From IMG/VR virus record IMGVR_UViG_3300045999_008996, positions 62,001 through 126,000 of that record: a stretch of 64,000 bases of DNA; one strand, written 5' to 3'. Positions 36,901 through 47,027 of the stretch are shown in pieces. The position numbers were made by a program, and so were the translations under genes. Within the stretch, counting starts at the first letter, position 1; every line of letters begins with the position of its first letter. The notes under the pieces are model-generated. The model made no database searches. It was given only the letters and a program-made list of their open reading frames with translations, and was not told the DNA's origin.

Positions 36901-38240
36901 TGTATTCCTAAAGAACCCTGAATTCCTTGTATTCCATCTATTCCTTGAATACCTTGAGTTCCAGTAGTTCCTTGAGAACCGGTAGTTCCTTGTATTCCTA
37001 AAGAACCTTGGATGCCCTGTATTCCATCTACTCCTTGAGAACCAGTGATTCCTTGAATTCCTTGAGAACCGGTAGTTCCTTGTATTCCTAAAGAACCTTG
37101 AATACCTTGAGTTCCTGTAGTTCCTTGAGAACCTGTGATTCCTTGAATACCCTGAATGCCCTGGATACCTTGGATTCCATCTGTTCCTTGAACACCTTGA
37201 ACACCTTGAGTTCCTTGAACGCCTTGAATTCCTAAAGATCCTTGAACTCCTTGAATACCCTGAGTGCCTTGAGTTCCTTGAATACCTTGAGTTCCCTGAA
37301 CACCCTGAATACCTAAGAGTCCCTGAATACCTTGAACACCCTGAACACCTTGGGTTCCTTGGGAACCCGTATCTCCTTTATCACCAGTTCTAGCAAATGT
37401 TATGAGTACATCTTCATTATTAGAAAAAAATGAAGCTGATCCAGATACATAGGAACAATTGACTTCAAAATAACCAGAATTTTCGGTTAATCCAGATATA
37501 GGAAATAAAGCAAAATCGTCAGGATTTAAACGATTTGATACTCTAAAGTGTCCCTTTATCGTTGATGTTGAATCATCAATAGTTCTGAGAAAAGATTGTA
37601 TGTCAGTTCCATTGTCATCTTCATCATCAATATAAAGTTTTGTAGCAGAAGTTAATATTACATTATTGAACTTTAATTTACCAACACCTGGATCTGTATT
37701 ATTTGTATTAATATCAAAAGTATAATTAAAAGTTGCTCCTCCAAAACTCCCCTCTGATCCTTGTACGCCAATAACACCTTGGGTACCTTGAATACCTTGT
37801 GCAACAAAAGCACCAGAAAGTCCTTGTGTTCCTTGTGAACCTATTGTCCCTTGAACTCCACCAAAACCTTGAGTTCCTGTAGTTCCTTGAGATCCAGTAG
37901 TTCCCTGAAGACCAGTGGTTCCTTGAGATCCAGTTCCAGAACTTCCTTGGATTCCATTAGATCCTTGAGTACCAGTTATCCCTTGAGTTCCTTGAGCACC
38001 TTGCCCAACAAATGCACCATCAATTCCCTGAATACCTTGAGGTCCTATGATTCCTTGAGAACCGACAGTTCCTTGAGATCCAGTGGTTCCCTGAGGACCA
38101 TTTGCTGAACCTTGAGCACCTAAAATTCCTTGAGTGCCTTGAATTCCCTGTAAACTACCAGCTTCCCTTGCAACCTTAAGAGAAGGAGAATATCCTACAG
38201 TGACGCTATAACTTGTGCTTCCTACTGAAACTGAAGGCAT
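33960..38240 (-). CDS. Collagen-like tail fibre with C-terminal peptidase S74 chaperone
   Basis: Long G-X-Q/G-T-T tracts; VGIGTTNP repeats; SDKKLKENI...G.IAQEVE. Confidence 0.85.
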   Translation of the reverse strand: MPSVSVGSTSYSVTVGYSPSLKVAREAGSLQGIQGTQGILGAQGSANGPQGTTGSQGTVGSQGIIGPQGIQGIDGAFVGQGAQGTQGITGTQGSNGIQGSSGTGSQGTTGLQGTTGSQGTTGTQGFGGVQGTIGSQGTQGLSGAFVAQGIQGTQGVIGVQGSEGSFGGATFNYTFDINTNNTDPGVGKLKFNNVILTSATKLYIDDEDDNGTDIQSFLRTIDDSTSTIKGHFRVSNRLNPDDFALFPISGLTENSGYFEVNCSYVSGSASFFSNNEDVLITFARTGDKGDTGSQGTQGVQGVQGIQGLLGIQGVQGTQGIQGTQGTQGIQGVQGSLGIQGVQGTQGVQGVQGTDGIQGIQGIQGIQGITGSQGTTGTQGIQGSLGIQGTTGSQGIQGITGSQGVDGIQGIQGSLGIQGTTGSQGTTGTQGIQGIDGIQGIQGSLGIQGTIGSQGTTGTQGITGSQGTTGTQGIQGIQGIQGTTGTQGITGSQGTTGTQGIQGIQGIQGTTGSQGTTGTQGVQGIQGIFGPVAGSANQVVYKDGSNNPTGSSNLTFDGTELVAHTLTVLNNTDINGNLNVDGTITIGGTAAQLNTQQLTISDPDIVLGIGTSFSPTDATASHGGIAIASTEGTPLVNLNIAGETNPNTYKKIMWFRGGDIGAGITDAWLFNYGVGIGSTQVPNGVRLAAGGMQVTDSTLSVPQLNISGVSTISVNSSGDALRITQTGSGNALVVEDSTNPDVTPFVVTGDGRIAIGVPAAGVSTNYKLEVDGNGNGGDVRFVSGGQGDLIINHSNLVSNIRAAGTIQLGLGANGGNSIRINLNNDVGIGTTNPTEKLDVDGNLRLRAGLKERENNVGVAGSILVSTGVGVSWTTPFAAGIQGTTGTQGTTGTAGSQGTTGTQGTTGTAGSQGTTGTQGTTGTTGTAGSQGTTGTQGTTGTQGTTGTQGTTGTQGTTGTQGTIGTAGSQGTTGTQGTTGTQGTTGTTGTQGTTGTQGIQGTSAATSITNNTDNYVVTATGNSSTPFNGEANLTFDGSTLKAPLLESTQSSGDEGGEIKLNKATTNTVLNTGVTIDVFQNRVRLFETGGTNRGGYWDVSALGAGVATNLLSGGAQGTTGSQGIQGSQGTTGTQGTTGTQGTTGTQGTTGTTGTTGSQGIQGITGTQGTTGTTGSQGIQGTTGSQGIQGTIGTQGTTGTQGTTGTQGTTGTAGSQGTQGIQGTIGTQGTTGTQGTTGTQGTTGTAGSQGTQGIQGTIGTQGTTGTQGTTGTAGSQGTQGIQGNNNGGFAIVDDTTTSTPLYVLFNSSTSGVTTTSNVSSTKFTFTPSTGNVVVGGTITANSDKKLKENIKTIENALKKVLSLRGVEFDYKENGVHSLGFIAQEVEEIFPELVFGTDPKSVAYQNFVAILVEAIKEQNQRIDNLEKRLEEI

Positions 38241-38572
38241 TAGATTGACTCACTAGGGTTTACCAGCACCATTCCATCAACAACTTTTGTTTTCTTACCT
38301 GTTGATGATGTAATAATTACATCATAGTAGTATCTTCCTGCCTTTAAGTCATCAGTGACTGTATTTGCAAGAGATACAACAACTTGTCCTGCAGCAGACA
38401 CAATTCCTACACCAAATGGAGTAGAAGTTGCAGACTCTGGAAATTTGCGAATTTTTGCAACCCCTGTATGTCCCGTTAAATCCAAAGGACTGCCATCAGG
38501 ATTATTTACAGTAAAAACTTCCTGATAATCTGTTCCTTGTTCAATAACAATATTAACTGCAGCGACAGCCAT
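38240..38572 (-). CDS. Small virion/baseplate-associated protein
   Basis: NIVIEQGTD...LDLTG...AKIRK...GRYYYDV; late promoter ATAAATA 38592-38598. Confidence 0.7.
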   Translation of the reverse strand: MAVAAVNIVIEQGTDYQEVFTVNNPDGSPLDLTGHTGVAKIRKFPESATSTPFGVGIVSAAGQVVVSLANTVTDDLKAGRYYYDVIITSSTGKKTKVVDGMVLVNPSESI

Positions 38573-38658
38573 ATTTCTCTAATATTTTAAGTATTTATTA
38601 AAAAACTAGACACTATTAATGCCTAGTAATTTTACTTATAAAAATTCAAATAAGTCAG

Positions 38659-39324
38659 TCAGTTATTTATCTCAATTCCATATTTTTGAGAAAGTTGTTT
38701 ATTTTGCTCTTTCATTGTTAGAAATCCTTTGACTTGAGCCCAACAAACAATACTGTATCTATTTCCTTTAGTGACAGGTTCTACACCGTGTCGATAGTGG
38801 TGATTGGAAGGAAAACAAACCATCATTCCTGGTTCTGGGCGAATTCTAACCTTAAGTTCTGGAAAAACAAAGTCTCCACCTTCAAAATCATCATTGAGGA
38901 ACATAACAATAGATAAGTCGCGGTCAATAGATTTTTTCCATATCAATTCTCCGTCTGGTGTTTGCCATAAACTCTCGCCATCAATATGGGGTCTATAGTG
39001 TCCACCAATTCCATAAGAAAGCATTTGGGGCATTTCGCTTTCGGAAACTTCAATTCCGTAAAAAGGATTGATAACTTCTTTAACTGCTTTTTTGAAAAGA
39101 TCTATGATTTTTTCTCTAATTGGTGCATAATCCACAAATTGAGTATCTCTCATTTTTTTATCAACAATCCATTCAGTGGTTCCATTATTATTGGATTTTT
39201 CTGGATCAAAAACAGAGAGATCTATTGCTTCTGACGAACGAACATGATTCAGAATTTCTTGAATTCCTTGCTCATTAATCACGTTAGGTTTAATTAAAAT
39301 ATAAGAAAGTGGGTTGTCAATCAT
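38659..39324 (-). CDS. 2OG-Fe(II) oxygenase (prolyl 4-hydroxylase-like)
   Basis: HYRPHID, LNDDFEGGDF, HGVEPVTKGNRYS. Confidence 0.9.
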   Translation of the reverse strand: MIDNPLSYILIKPNVINEQGIQEILNHVRSSEAIDLSVFDPEKSNNNGTTEWIVDKKMRDTQFVDYAPIREKIIDLFKKAVKEVINPFYGIEVSESEMPQMLSYGIGGHYRPHIDGESLWQTPDGELIWKKSIDRDLSIVMFLNDDFEGGDFVFPELKVRIRPEPGMMVCFPSNHHYRHGVEPVTKGNRYSIVCWAQVKGFLTMKEQNKQLSQKYGIEINN

Positions 39325-39325
39325 A

Positions 39326-40147
39326 TTAATAATACTTGTGATTTGGATTTTTCCAATATTCTAAATTGCTGTACCTATTTAGAATTTCATCAGAAAGAAT
39401 TGTTTTTGGATCTTTTGATACCTTTTTAAGTTCTTTACGAACATGATGCATATCTTTGAGGTACCATTGATCATCTATTTCTCTGTGTGCATTTTCAATA
39501 TGATCAAATGAATGTTGATATGGTGTAAGTTCTAGAAACTCATAGATTTTGTTTAGAGTTTCATTTGGAGAGTTAATTAGATCATCATACTCGACCATCA
39601 GTAAGTGCTTCTTATCGTCACCGCGAATGAATGCTTGCGACTGTGCCCAAAGTGCTTGTTCTACAATTCCATCTTTACTCATCAAATAATGACAGCGATT
39701 ATCATCATTAATTGGAAGTCCTTTTTCAATTAAATGTTGATCAATGAAAGAGACTTGATCCGAATTGCGACGTATCATTGAAATAAAAGACGTTAGAACC
39801 TCTGTAATGTCTCTAACTGGACAAATAATCTTTGGATTTGGTGTGATATAAGTTTTAATTCTTTCAATATTATTGCTCCATGCTCTGCAATGATCAATAA
39901 TAACTGGTTTTTCTATGTCAAAATAATAGTCCTTAATGATTGATGAGATGACTTTATGTGCTGATTTTGGTTTTGGATACCCAAGATATTGTTCACTGTT
40001 AGAAAAGTAATGGTCATTCCAATACATTAATTCCATTACTGGACTGACTGGTTCTGTATGAAGTTCTGGATTTTGATTGAGAATACTTTTCAATAAAGTA
40101 CTGCCAGACCTCGGAAGACCTGCCATAAAGAAATAAGTTTTATTCAT
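39326..40147 (-). CDS. Sulfotransferase
   Basis: GLPRSGSTLL (5'-PSB), VRDITEVLTS (3'-PB), YDDL. Confidence 0.9.
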   Translation of the reverse strand: MNKTYFFMAGLPRSGSTLLKSILNQNPELHTEPVSPVMELMYWNDHYFSNSEQYLGYPKPKSAHKVISSIIKDYYFDIEKPVIIDHCRAWSNNIERIKTYITPNPKIICPVRDITEVLTSFISMIRRNSDQVSFIDQHLIEKGLPINDDNRCHYLMSKDGIVEQALWAQSQAFIRGDDKKHLLMVEYDDLINSPNETLNKIYEFLELTPYQHSFDHIENAHREIDDQWYLKDMHHVRKELKKVSKDPKTILSDEILNRYSNLEYWKNPNHKYY

Positions 40148-40148
40148 A

Positions 40149-40763
40149 TCACCAATCAGTTGGATTAAAGAAGAATAATTGAACTAGACGACCATTTTCC
40201 AGTGTATCTCCAAAATTATAATTATGTGAATGCCAAAGATTAGCATTGAAAATCACCAAACGATTATACTTCATTGGCGATAAAAAGTAACGTGTCCATT
40301 GAGAACGGTCTAGACCTTCTCCATAAACTGTTGTCCACCATGCTTCTTTTGCAGATGAATATCCCCAGACACTTGCTTCAATGTCATGTGTTGGGCAAGT
40401 ATCCATTTTGGTTTTATTATGCATCCAAAATGAAGTGCCACCTTCATCAATCACTTGCTCTGGTGGATTGAGATAACAAACTGCCCCATATTCCCAAACA
40501 GGGTCTACGTGAACATCCTGACGATAAGTATTATTCTCATAAGAAATTCTAAAATATCCATTTGGATTTGCTGGAGTAAGTTTCTTATTCAGAATACTCT
40601 CAAATCTTTGATGAAGTTCTTGAGGATAATAATATTCATCTGAATTTCTTCCTGGATATGTGTATCCTTCTACTGGTTCTGGATATGTGGATTGAAGTGC
40701 AAACTGACGGACTTCATCTGGATTGGAATGAAAGTCATCAATTACAATAATATTGCGGTTCAT
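40149..40763 (-). CDS. DUF6445-like 2OG-Fe(II) oxygenase
   Basis: VIDDFHSNPDEVR, YPG, HVD, YNRLVIF...WHSH, GRLVQLFFF. Confidence 0.8.
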   Translation of the reverse strand: MNRNIIVIDDFHSNPDEVRQFALQSTYPEPVEGYTYPGRNSDEYYYPQELHQRFESILNKKLTPANPNGYFRISYENNTYRQDVHVDPVWEYGAVCYLNPPEQVIDEGGTSFWMHNKTKMDTCPTHDIEASVWGYSSAKEAWWTTVYGEGLDRSQWTRYFLSPMKYNRLVIFNANLWHSHNYNFGDTLENGRLVQLFFFNPTDW

Positions 40764-40773
40764 ATTGGAGCTT

Positions 40774-40790
40774 TATTTATTATTATATCA
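40774..40790 (-). promoter_or_regulatory. Tandem extended -10 (TGaTATAAT) and late (ATAAATA) promoters
   Basis: 40782-40790 and 40774-40780, upstream of 40763. Confidence 0.55.
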
Positions 40791-43649
40791 CACTATAAAA
40801 GACTGTAGTGCTGATGATAAAGCATTTGCTGCAGAACTCGTTGCAGCAAGATAACTACGAGGAGAACTTAATGGTGCGCTTGATGTAATAGTTTCTGTAG
40901 AGTAGTCTAACTTTTCAACTGTTGCTACTGGACCTGGATCACCACCACCAAAGTATCCTGCAATTGAATTACCTGTTGCAGCAAGAGCAATACGTGCAGC
41001 ACTTAATGGTGCACCAGGAACTGTTGATCTTGTATCAGTTGAATAAGTAATTTTATCCATTCTCGAAGATACATTAAGGTCTGGTTCATAACCCCCACCA
41101 AAATATCCTGCCGTAGAGTTTCCTGTTGCAGCAAGATACGCCCGATTAGAACTTAGAAAAGCCCCAGGGACAGTTGTTCTTGTATCAGTTGAATAAGTAA
41201 TTTTATCCATTGTTGAAAAAAGTGCTAATGCATCATTAGTACCACCACCAAAATATCCTGCCGTTGAGTTTCCTGTTGCAGCAAGTTGATAACGATTAGA
41301 ACTTAAGACTGCAGCAATTGGGGCAGCAGTTTCTGTAGAGTAGGTTAATTTTTGTATTGATGAAAATAGTACTACACCATTAGTTCCACCACCAAAGTAT
41401 CCTGCTAAAGAATTTCCTGTTGCAGCAAGTTGAGTACTTGTTGGATTTAATAAAGCGCCAGGAACTTGTGCTGTGGTATCAACAGAATAAGAAAGCTTAT
41501 CAATTGTTGATCTTGCGGGGTCAAAACTCAAACTAGGAGAACCACCACCAAAATATCCTGCTATTGAAGACGTCGTTGCATCAAGATTATAACTTGCAAC
41601 ACTTAATGATGCACCAGGAACTGCTACTGTTGTATCAGTGGAATAAGAAACCTTATCCATTGTTGCTGTTGCTCCACCCGGAGAAAATCCACCCCCAAAG
41701 TACCCAGCATTTGCTTGAACTGGAGCTGCAGTGATATTTTGTTGGGGTAATGCGTTTGCAGTAGAACTTGATGCCGCAAGAAAACTACGACCTGAACTTA
41801 GCGATGCGCTGGAAATTGTGGTTGTCGTATCAGTAGAATAATCAACCTTATCCATTGCAGAATGATATAATGGAGTAGGTCCAGGAGTAAAACCACCACC
41901 AAAGTATCCTGCTGTTGAGTTTCCTGTTGCAGCAAGACGACTGCGAGAAAAACCTAATGAGGTTGATGTTCTTGTATCGGTAGAATATTCAATCCTATCT
42001 ATAGTTGCTACTGGACCTGGAATACTAGGTTGAAAACCACCACCAAAATATCCTGCCACTTGGTTTCCTGTTGCAGCAAGATCATAACGTGCAGCACTTA
42101 ATGATGCACCAGGAACTGTTGATCTTGTATCGGTAGAATATTCAATCCTATCTATAGTTAATCCTGGACCAGGAAAACCACCACCAAAGTATCCTGATGT
42201 TGAGTTGCCCGTTGCAGCAAGACGACTACGTGCACTACTTAATGATGCACTAGGAACTGTTGTTCTTGTATCAGTGGAATAAGTGACCTTATCCATTGTT
42301 GCTACGTCAACAGCAGTAGGAGTACTAGGTTGAAGACCACCACCAAAATATCCTGCCACTTGGGTTCCTGTTGCAGCAAGGTAAAAACGCGAACCATTTA
42401 ATGTCGCCCCAGGAACTGTTGCTATCGTATCATTGGAATAAGTGACCTTATCCATTGTTGCGACACCTCCACCCCCAAAGTACCCATCAGTTGAGTTACC
42501 TGTTGCAGCAAGATATGCCCGAGCAGGAAAAATATTTGCCCCAGGAACTGGCGATGTGGTGTCAGTAGAATAAATTACTTTATCCATTGTTGACCGAACG
42601 CCGGGAGATCCTGGACCAAAACCACCCCCAAAGTATCCTAAGTTAAATGAAGATCTTCCTGATATAAAGTTTCTTGATTTTGCTAAGTTTGGTAGTGGTA
42701 TTGAAGGAAGTCCGTTTGCTCTGAGACTTGATGCCGCAGCACCGTAAACAGCAGCAAACAAAGATGCATTGGGAACTGATGCGGTTGTATCGATGGAATA
42801 ATTGATCTTATCAATTGAAGATAAATACCATCCACCACCAAAATATCCTGCTATTGAATTTCCTGTTGCAGTTGGTCCTCGGCGAGCATCCCTTAAGTTT
42901 GTTGATTGAGTAACAGGTATTCTTGTGTCATTGGAGTAAGTAATCTTATCTACTGTTGAATAATATCCAGGAGAACCAGGACCATCACCACCACCAAAAT
43001 ATCCTGATGTTGAGTTGCCAGTTGCCGCAAGATCTCTGCGGTTAATACTTAATGTTGTTGTGGGAAGTAATGCTGACGTATCATTGGAATAAGTGACCTT
43101 ATCCATTGTTGACACTGAACCAAAAATACTACCACCACCAAAATATCCTGCTACTTGGTTTCCTGTTGCAGCAAGTCTATCTCGATTAGAACTTAAGTTT
43201 GCACCAGGAACTGTTGAACTTGTATCAGTTGAATAAGTAATCTTATTCAGTATCGAAAACCAATTAAAATATCCTGCTATTGAATTTCCCGTTGCCGCAG
43301 TTGTTGATTCTAAGTTTGCACTAGGAACTGCTGTTCTTGTATCAGTTGAATAAGTTAATTTATCCGTTTTTAAATAACCACTAAAGTATCCCGCTATTGA
43401 GTTTCCTGTTGCAGAAATATAACTATTACTGAAACTTAGGTTTGCCCCAGGAACTGGTGATGTAGTGTCATTTGAATAAGTTATCTTAGTTATCGACGAA
43501 TAAACTAAGGGGTAAACCCCACCACCTGCAAAATATCCAGTGTTTGCCGCCGGTTCATTAATAAAAACCTCATCTGAATTAGTCCAGATTTTCTTTTTTA
43601 TTCTGCTACGAGCATCAAGTAACCTAAAAACACCTCTGGTATCAGACAT
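40788..43649 (-). CDS. Kelch-like triple 6-blade propeller virion protein
   Basis: 18 AATGNSxAGYF(GGG)...DKxxYSxDT repeats in three blocks; late promoter 43682-43688. Confidence 0.8.
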   Translation of the reverse strand: MSDTRGVFRLLDARSRIKKKIWTNSDEVFINEPAANTGYFAGGGVYPLVYSSITKITYSNDTTSPVPGANLSFSNSYISATGNSIAGYFSGYLKTDKLTYSTDTRTAVPSANLESTTAATGNSIAGYFNWFSILNKITYSTDTSSTVPGANLSSNRDRLAATGNQVAGYFGGGSIFGSVSTMDKVTYSNDTSALLPTTTLSINRRDLAATGNSTSGYFGGGDGPGSPGYYSTVDKITYSNDTRIPVTQSTNLRDARRGPTATGNSIAGYFGGGWYLSSIDKINYSIDTTASVPNASLFAAVYGAAASSLRANGLPSIPLPNLAKSRNFISGRSSFNLGYFGGGFGPGSPGVRSTMDKVIYSTDTTSPVPGANIFPARAYLAATGNSTDGYFGGGGVATMDKVTYSNDTIATVPGATLNGSRFYLAATGTQVAGYFGGGLQPSTPTAVDVATMDKVTYSTDTRTTVPSASLSSARSRLAATGNSTSGYFGGGFPGPGLTIDRIEYSTDTRSTVPGASLSAARYDLAATGNQVAGYFGGGFQPSIPGPVATIDRIEYSTDTRTSTSLGFSRSRLAATGNSTAGYFGGGFTPGPTPLYHSAMDKVDYSTDTTTTISSASLSSGRSFLAASSSTANALPQQNITAAPVQANAGYFGGGFSPGGATATMDKVSYSTDTTVAVPGASLSVASYNLDATTSSIAGYFGGGSPSLSFDPARSTIDKLSYSVDTTAQVPGALLNPTSTQLAATGNSLAGYFGGGTNGVVLFSSIQKLTYSTETAAPIAAVLSSNRYQLAATGNSTAGYFGGGTNDALALFSTMDKITYSTDTRTTVPGAFLSSNRAYLAATGNSTAGYFGGGYEPDLNVSSRMDKITYSTDTRSTVPGAPLSAARIALAATGNSIAGYFGGGDPGPVATVEKLDYSTETITSSAPLSSPRSYLAATSSAANALSSALQSFIV

Positions 43650-43690
43650 TTTTTATAATTGGTTTCCTACAAGCATAATATTATTTATTC

Positions 43691-46528
43691 TTAAATAATT
43701 GATGCTTGTAGTGCTGATGATAAAGCATTTGCTGCAGAACTCGTTGCAGCAGAACTAATGCGAGGGGCAGTTAAGTTTGCACCAGGAACTGCTGTAATAG
43801 TTTCTGTAGAGTAGTCTAACTTTTCCATTAATGATGGACCAGGAGAACCACCACCAAAATATCCTGCTCTTGAGTTACTTGTTGCGGACAAAAGTGAACG
43901 CTGTACTATTGCACCAGGAACTGCTGTTCTTGTATCAGTCGAATAAGTAATCTTATCCATTGTTGACACAATACCACCAGGACCACCTCCACCTCCAAAG
44001 TATCCATCATTTGAGTTACCTGTTGCGGCGTGAGCAGAACGGGGAATACTTAATGTAGCAGGAAGTAATGTTCTCGTATCAGTTGAATAAGTTAATTTAT
44101 CTATTGTTGAAAAAAGTGCTGATGCATCATTAGTACCACCACCAAAATATCCTGCTGCAGAGTTTCCTGTTGCAGCAAGAGTATTACGATTAGAACTTAA
44201 GACTGCAGCAATTGGTGCAGCGGTCTCTGTAGAGTAGGTTAATTTTTGTATCGTTGAAACTGCTGCTCCACTATTATTTCCACTACCAAAGTATCCTGCT
44301 AAAGAATTTCCTGTTGCTGAAAATCGAGAACTTATTGCTCTTAATGGAGCACCCGGAACTTGTGCTGTGGTATCAACAGAATAAGAAACCCTATCAATTG
44401 TTGATGGATTATTAATACCTCCTCCAAAATATCCTGCTATTGAAGAAGATGTTGCAGCAAAATCATAACGTGCATTACTTAATGATGCACCAGGAACTGC
44501 TACTGTTGTATCAGTGGAATAAGAAACCTTGTCCATTGTTGCTAATGGACCAGTAGAACTACCCCCAAAGTACCCAGCATTTGCTTGAACTGGAGATGTA
44601 GTAATATTTTGTTGGGGTAATGCGTTTGCTGTAGAACTTGAGGCAGCAAGGAGACTACGAGGAAAACTTAAAGATGCACTAGAAATTGCGGTTGTCGTAT
44701 CAGTAGAATAATCGACTTTATCCATTGTAGAATAATATGCTAGTGGACTAGGGGCAAAACCACCACCAAAATATCCCGCTGTTGAGTTGCCTGTTGCAGC
44801 AAGACGACTGCGAGAAAAACCTAATGAGGTTGATGTTCTTGTATCAGTGGAATATTCAATCCTATCTATAGTTGCTACTGGACCAGGAGAACCGCCACCA
44901 AAGTATCCTGATGTTGAGTTGCCCGTTGCGGCAAGAACATAACGTGAACCACTTAATGATGCGCCAGGAACTGTTGATCTTGTATCAGTGGAATAATTGA
45001 TCTTATCAATTGTTGTTACTGCACCGGGAGCACCACCACCAAAATATCCTGCAGTTGAATTTCCTGTTGCAGCAAGACCAAAACGACTAGAACTTAATGT
45101 AGTAGGAAGTAATGTTCTTGTATCAGTGGAATAAGTGACCTTATCCATAGTTGCTACTGGACCGCCAGGAGTACTTCCACCCCCAAAGTATCCTGCTGTT
45201 GAAGACGATGTTGCGGCAAGATAACTACGAGAACCACTTAACGCTGCTGTGGAGACTGTTGCTATCGTATCGGTTGAATAAGTGACCTTATCCATTGTTG
45301 CTACTGGACCAGGAAGACCACCACCAAAATATCCTGCTGTTGAAGACGATGTTGCAGCAAGACCATAACGTGCAGGAAAAATATTTGCCCCAGGAACTGG
45401 TGTTGTTGTATCAGTGGAATAAGAAACCTTGTCCATTGTTGACCGAACGCCGGGGGATCCTGGACCAAAACCACCCCCAAAATATCCTGAGTTAAATGAA
45501 GATCTTCCTGATATAAAGTTTCTTGAGGTTGTTAAATTTATTGCTGGTAATGCATTTGCTCTTGCACTTGAGGCAGCAAGACGATTACGAGGAACAGTTA
45601 AGTTTGCACCAGCAACTGTTGTTCTTGTATCAGTGGAATACGAGACTTTATCCATTGTTGCTACTGGACCTGGATCACCACCACCAAAGTATCCTGCAAT
45701 TGAATTACCTGTTGCGGCAGCGTTTTCGCGACCAGAACTTAAGTTTGCAGTAGGAACTGCTGCTGTTGTATCAGTAGAATAGGAGACTTTATCCATAGTT
45801 GCTACTGGACCAGGAGAACCACCTCCAAAATATCCAGAAGATAAATTACCTGTTGCAGCAAGTTCTTGACGAGCAGAACTTAAGTTTGCACCAGGAACTG
45901 CAAATGTTGTATCAGTGGAATATGCAACCTTATCCATAGTTGCAAGATCAATTCCACCAAGACCCCCACCAAAATATCCTACTACTTGGTTTCCTGCCGC
46001 AGCAAGATTACTACGTGAGGCAATTAAGTTTGCACCAGGAACTGCCGCTGTTGTATCTGTTGAATAAGAAACCTTATCCATAGTCACCACAGGACCAGAA
46101 CCCCCACCAAAATATCCTGCCGCAGAGTTTCCTGTTGCAGCAAGATAACCACGAGCAGCACTTAATGAGCCAGGAATCGGAGAGACAGTATCGGTTGAAT
46201 AAGTCACCTTATCCATTGTCGCTACTACTCCAGGAGATCCAGGACCACGACCACCACCAAAATATCCTGCCACAGAGTTACCTGTTGCAGCAAGACCATA
46301 ACGAGGAACACTTAAAAATGTAGCAGGAAGTGGTGACGTGGTATCAGTTGAATAAAATACTTTATCCATCAATGAAAACAAAGATAGACTAGTATTAGTG
46401 CCTCCAACAAAATATCCAGTGTTCAGTGCTGGTTCATTAATGAAAACTTCATCTGGACTAATCCAGTTATTATCTTTAATTTCTAAAAGTATTTCAGATA
46501 AAGCAAAAGTCCCCCTAGTTTCAGCCAT
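43691..46528 (-). CDS. Kelch-like triple 6-blade propeller virion protein (paralog)
   Basis: 18 repeats; same linkers and C-terminal ANALSSALQ. Confidence 0.8.
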   Translation of the reverse strand: MAETRGTFALSEILLEIKDNNWISPDEVFINEPALNTGYFVGGTNTSLSLFSLMDKVFYSTDTTSPLPATFLSVPRYGLAATGNSVAGYFGGGRGPGSPGVVATMDKVTYSTDTVSPIPGSLSAARGYLAATGNSAAGYFGGGSGPVVTMDKVSYSTDTTAAVPGANLIASRSNLAAAGNQVVGYFGGGLGGIDLATMDKVAYSTDTTFAVPGANLSSARQELAATGNLSSGYFGGGSPGPVATMDKVSYSTDTTAAVPTANLSSGRENAAATGNSIAGYFGGGDPGPVATMDKVSYSTDTRTTVAGANLTVPRNRLAASSARANALPAINLTTSRNFISGRSSFNSGYFGGGFGPGSPGVRSTMDKVSYSTDTTTPVPGANIFPARYGLAATSSSTAGYFGGGLPGPVATMDKVTYSTDTIATVSTAALSGSRSYLAATSSSTAGYFGGGSTPGGPVATMDKVTYSTDTRTLLPTTLSSSRFGLAATGNSTAGYFGGGAPGAVTTIDKINYSTDTRSTVPGASLSGSRYVLAATGNSTSGYFGGGSPGPVATIDRIEYSTDTRTSTSLGFSRSRLAATGNSTAGYFGGGFAPSPLAYYSTMDKVDYSTDTTTAISSASLSFPRSLLAASSSTANALPQQNITTSPVQANAGYFGGSSTGPLATMDKVSYSTDTTVAVPGASLSNARYDFAATSSSIAGYFGGGINNPSTIDRVSYSVDTTAQVPGAPLRAISSRFSATGNSLAGYFGSGNNSGAAVSTIQKLTYSTETAAPIAAVLSSNRNTLAATGNSAAGYFGGGTNDASALFSTIDKLTYSTDTRTLLPATLSIPRSAHAATGNSNDGYFGGGGGPGGIVSTMDKITYSTDTRTAVPGAIVQRSLLSATSNSRAGYFGGGSPGPSLMEKLDYSTETITAVPGANLTAPRISSAATSSAANALSSALQASII

Positions 46529-47027
46529 TTTTTATGATTATTTTCTGAAAGAGCATAGAGTTATTTAGATTAGTAGCATAAGAATGCCATAAATTACTTC
46601 TAAATAAAACCATTCTATTATACTTTGCAGTAATATTCCCATACTCTTTCCATAAACTCAAATCAGACTTAAAAACTTCTACAAGATTGTTTTCGTTGAT
46701 TTGATATTGATTCATTTCGTCTAAAGTTGGAAATGCTTCTAGTCCTGTTGCAAGATGCGAATAAAACTTAATTCCGGTCTCACCAAACGATTGCATTGGT
46801 AATGTCAGATAAATGACTGCAATCCAATCAGAACTAAGATGAGCAACAACATTAGAATCACCACCAACTTCATTCGTTGCTGAAATGATTTCAATAGGAT
46901 TACCAATAATCTCTGCAATTTTATTTACTGTTTCATTGGTAATCACACATTGATTCTCAAAAAAACCTTTATGATATTGGTGTGGAATATCATAAAGGTT
47001 ATCAACTATAACGATATGTTCTCTCAT
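46521..47027 (-). CDS. Degenerate DUF6445-like oxygenase homolog
   Basis: IVDNLY..P, W.AVIYLT, YNRMVLF...LWHS; HxD replaced by HLS. Confidence 0.65.
   Translation of the reverse strand: MREHIVIVDNLYDIPHQYHKGFFENQCVITNETVNKIAEIIGNPIEIISATNEVGGDSNVVAHLSSDWIAVIYLTLPMQSFGETGIKFYSHLATGLEAFPTLDEMNQYQINENNLVEVFKSDLSLWKEYGNITAKYNRMVLFRSNLWHSYATNLNNSMLFQKIIIKNG

Noticed and set aside
26699-46528. Periodic DNA repeats as a CRISPR array or DGR
   Set aside because: The repeats are in-frame, degenerate protein repeats. No reverse transcriptase, adenine-specific TR/VR pair or cas gene is visible.
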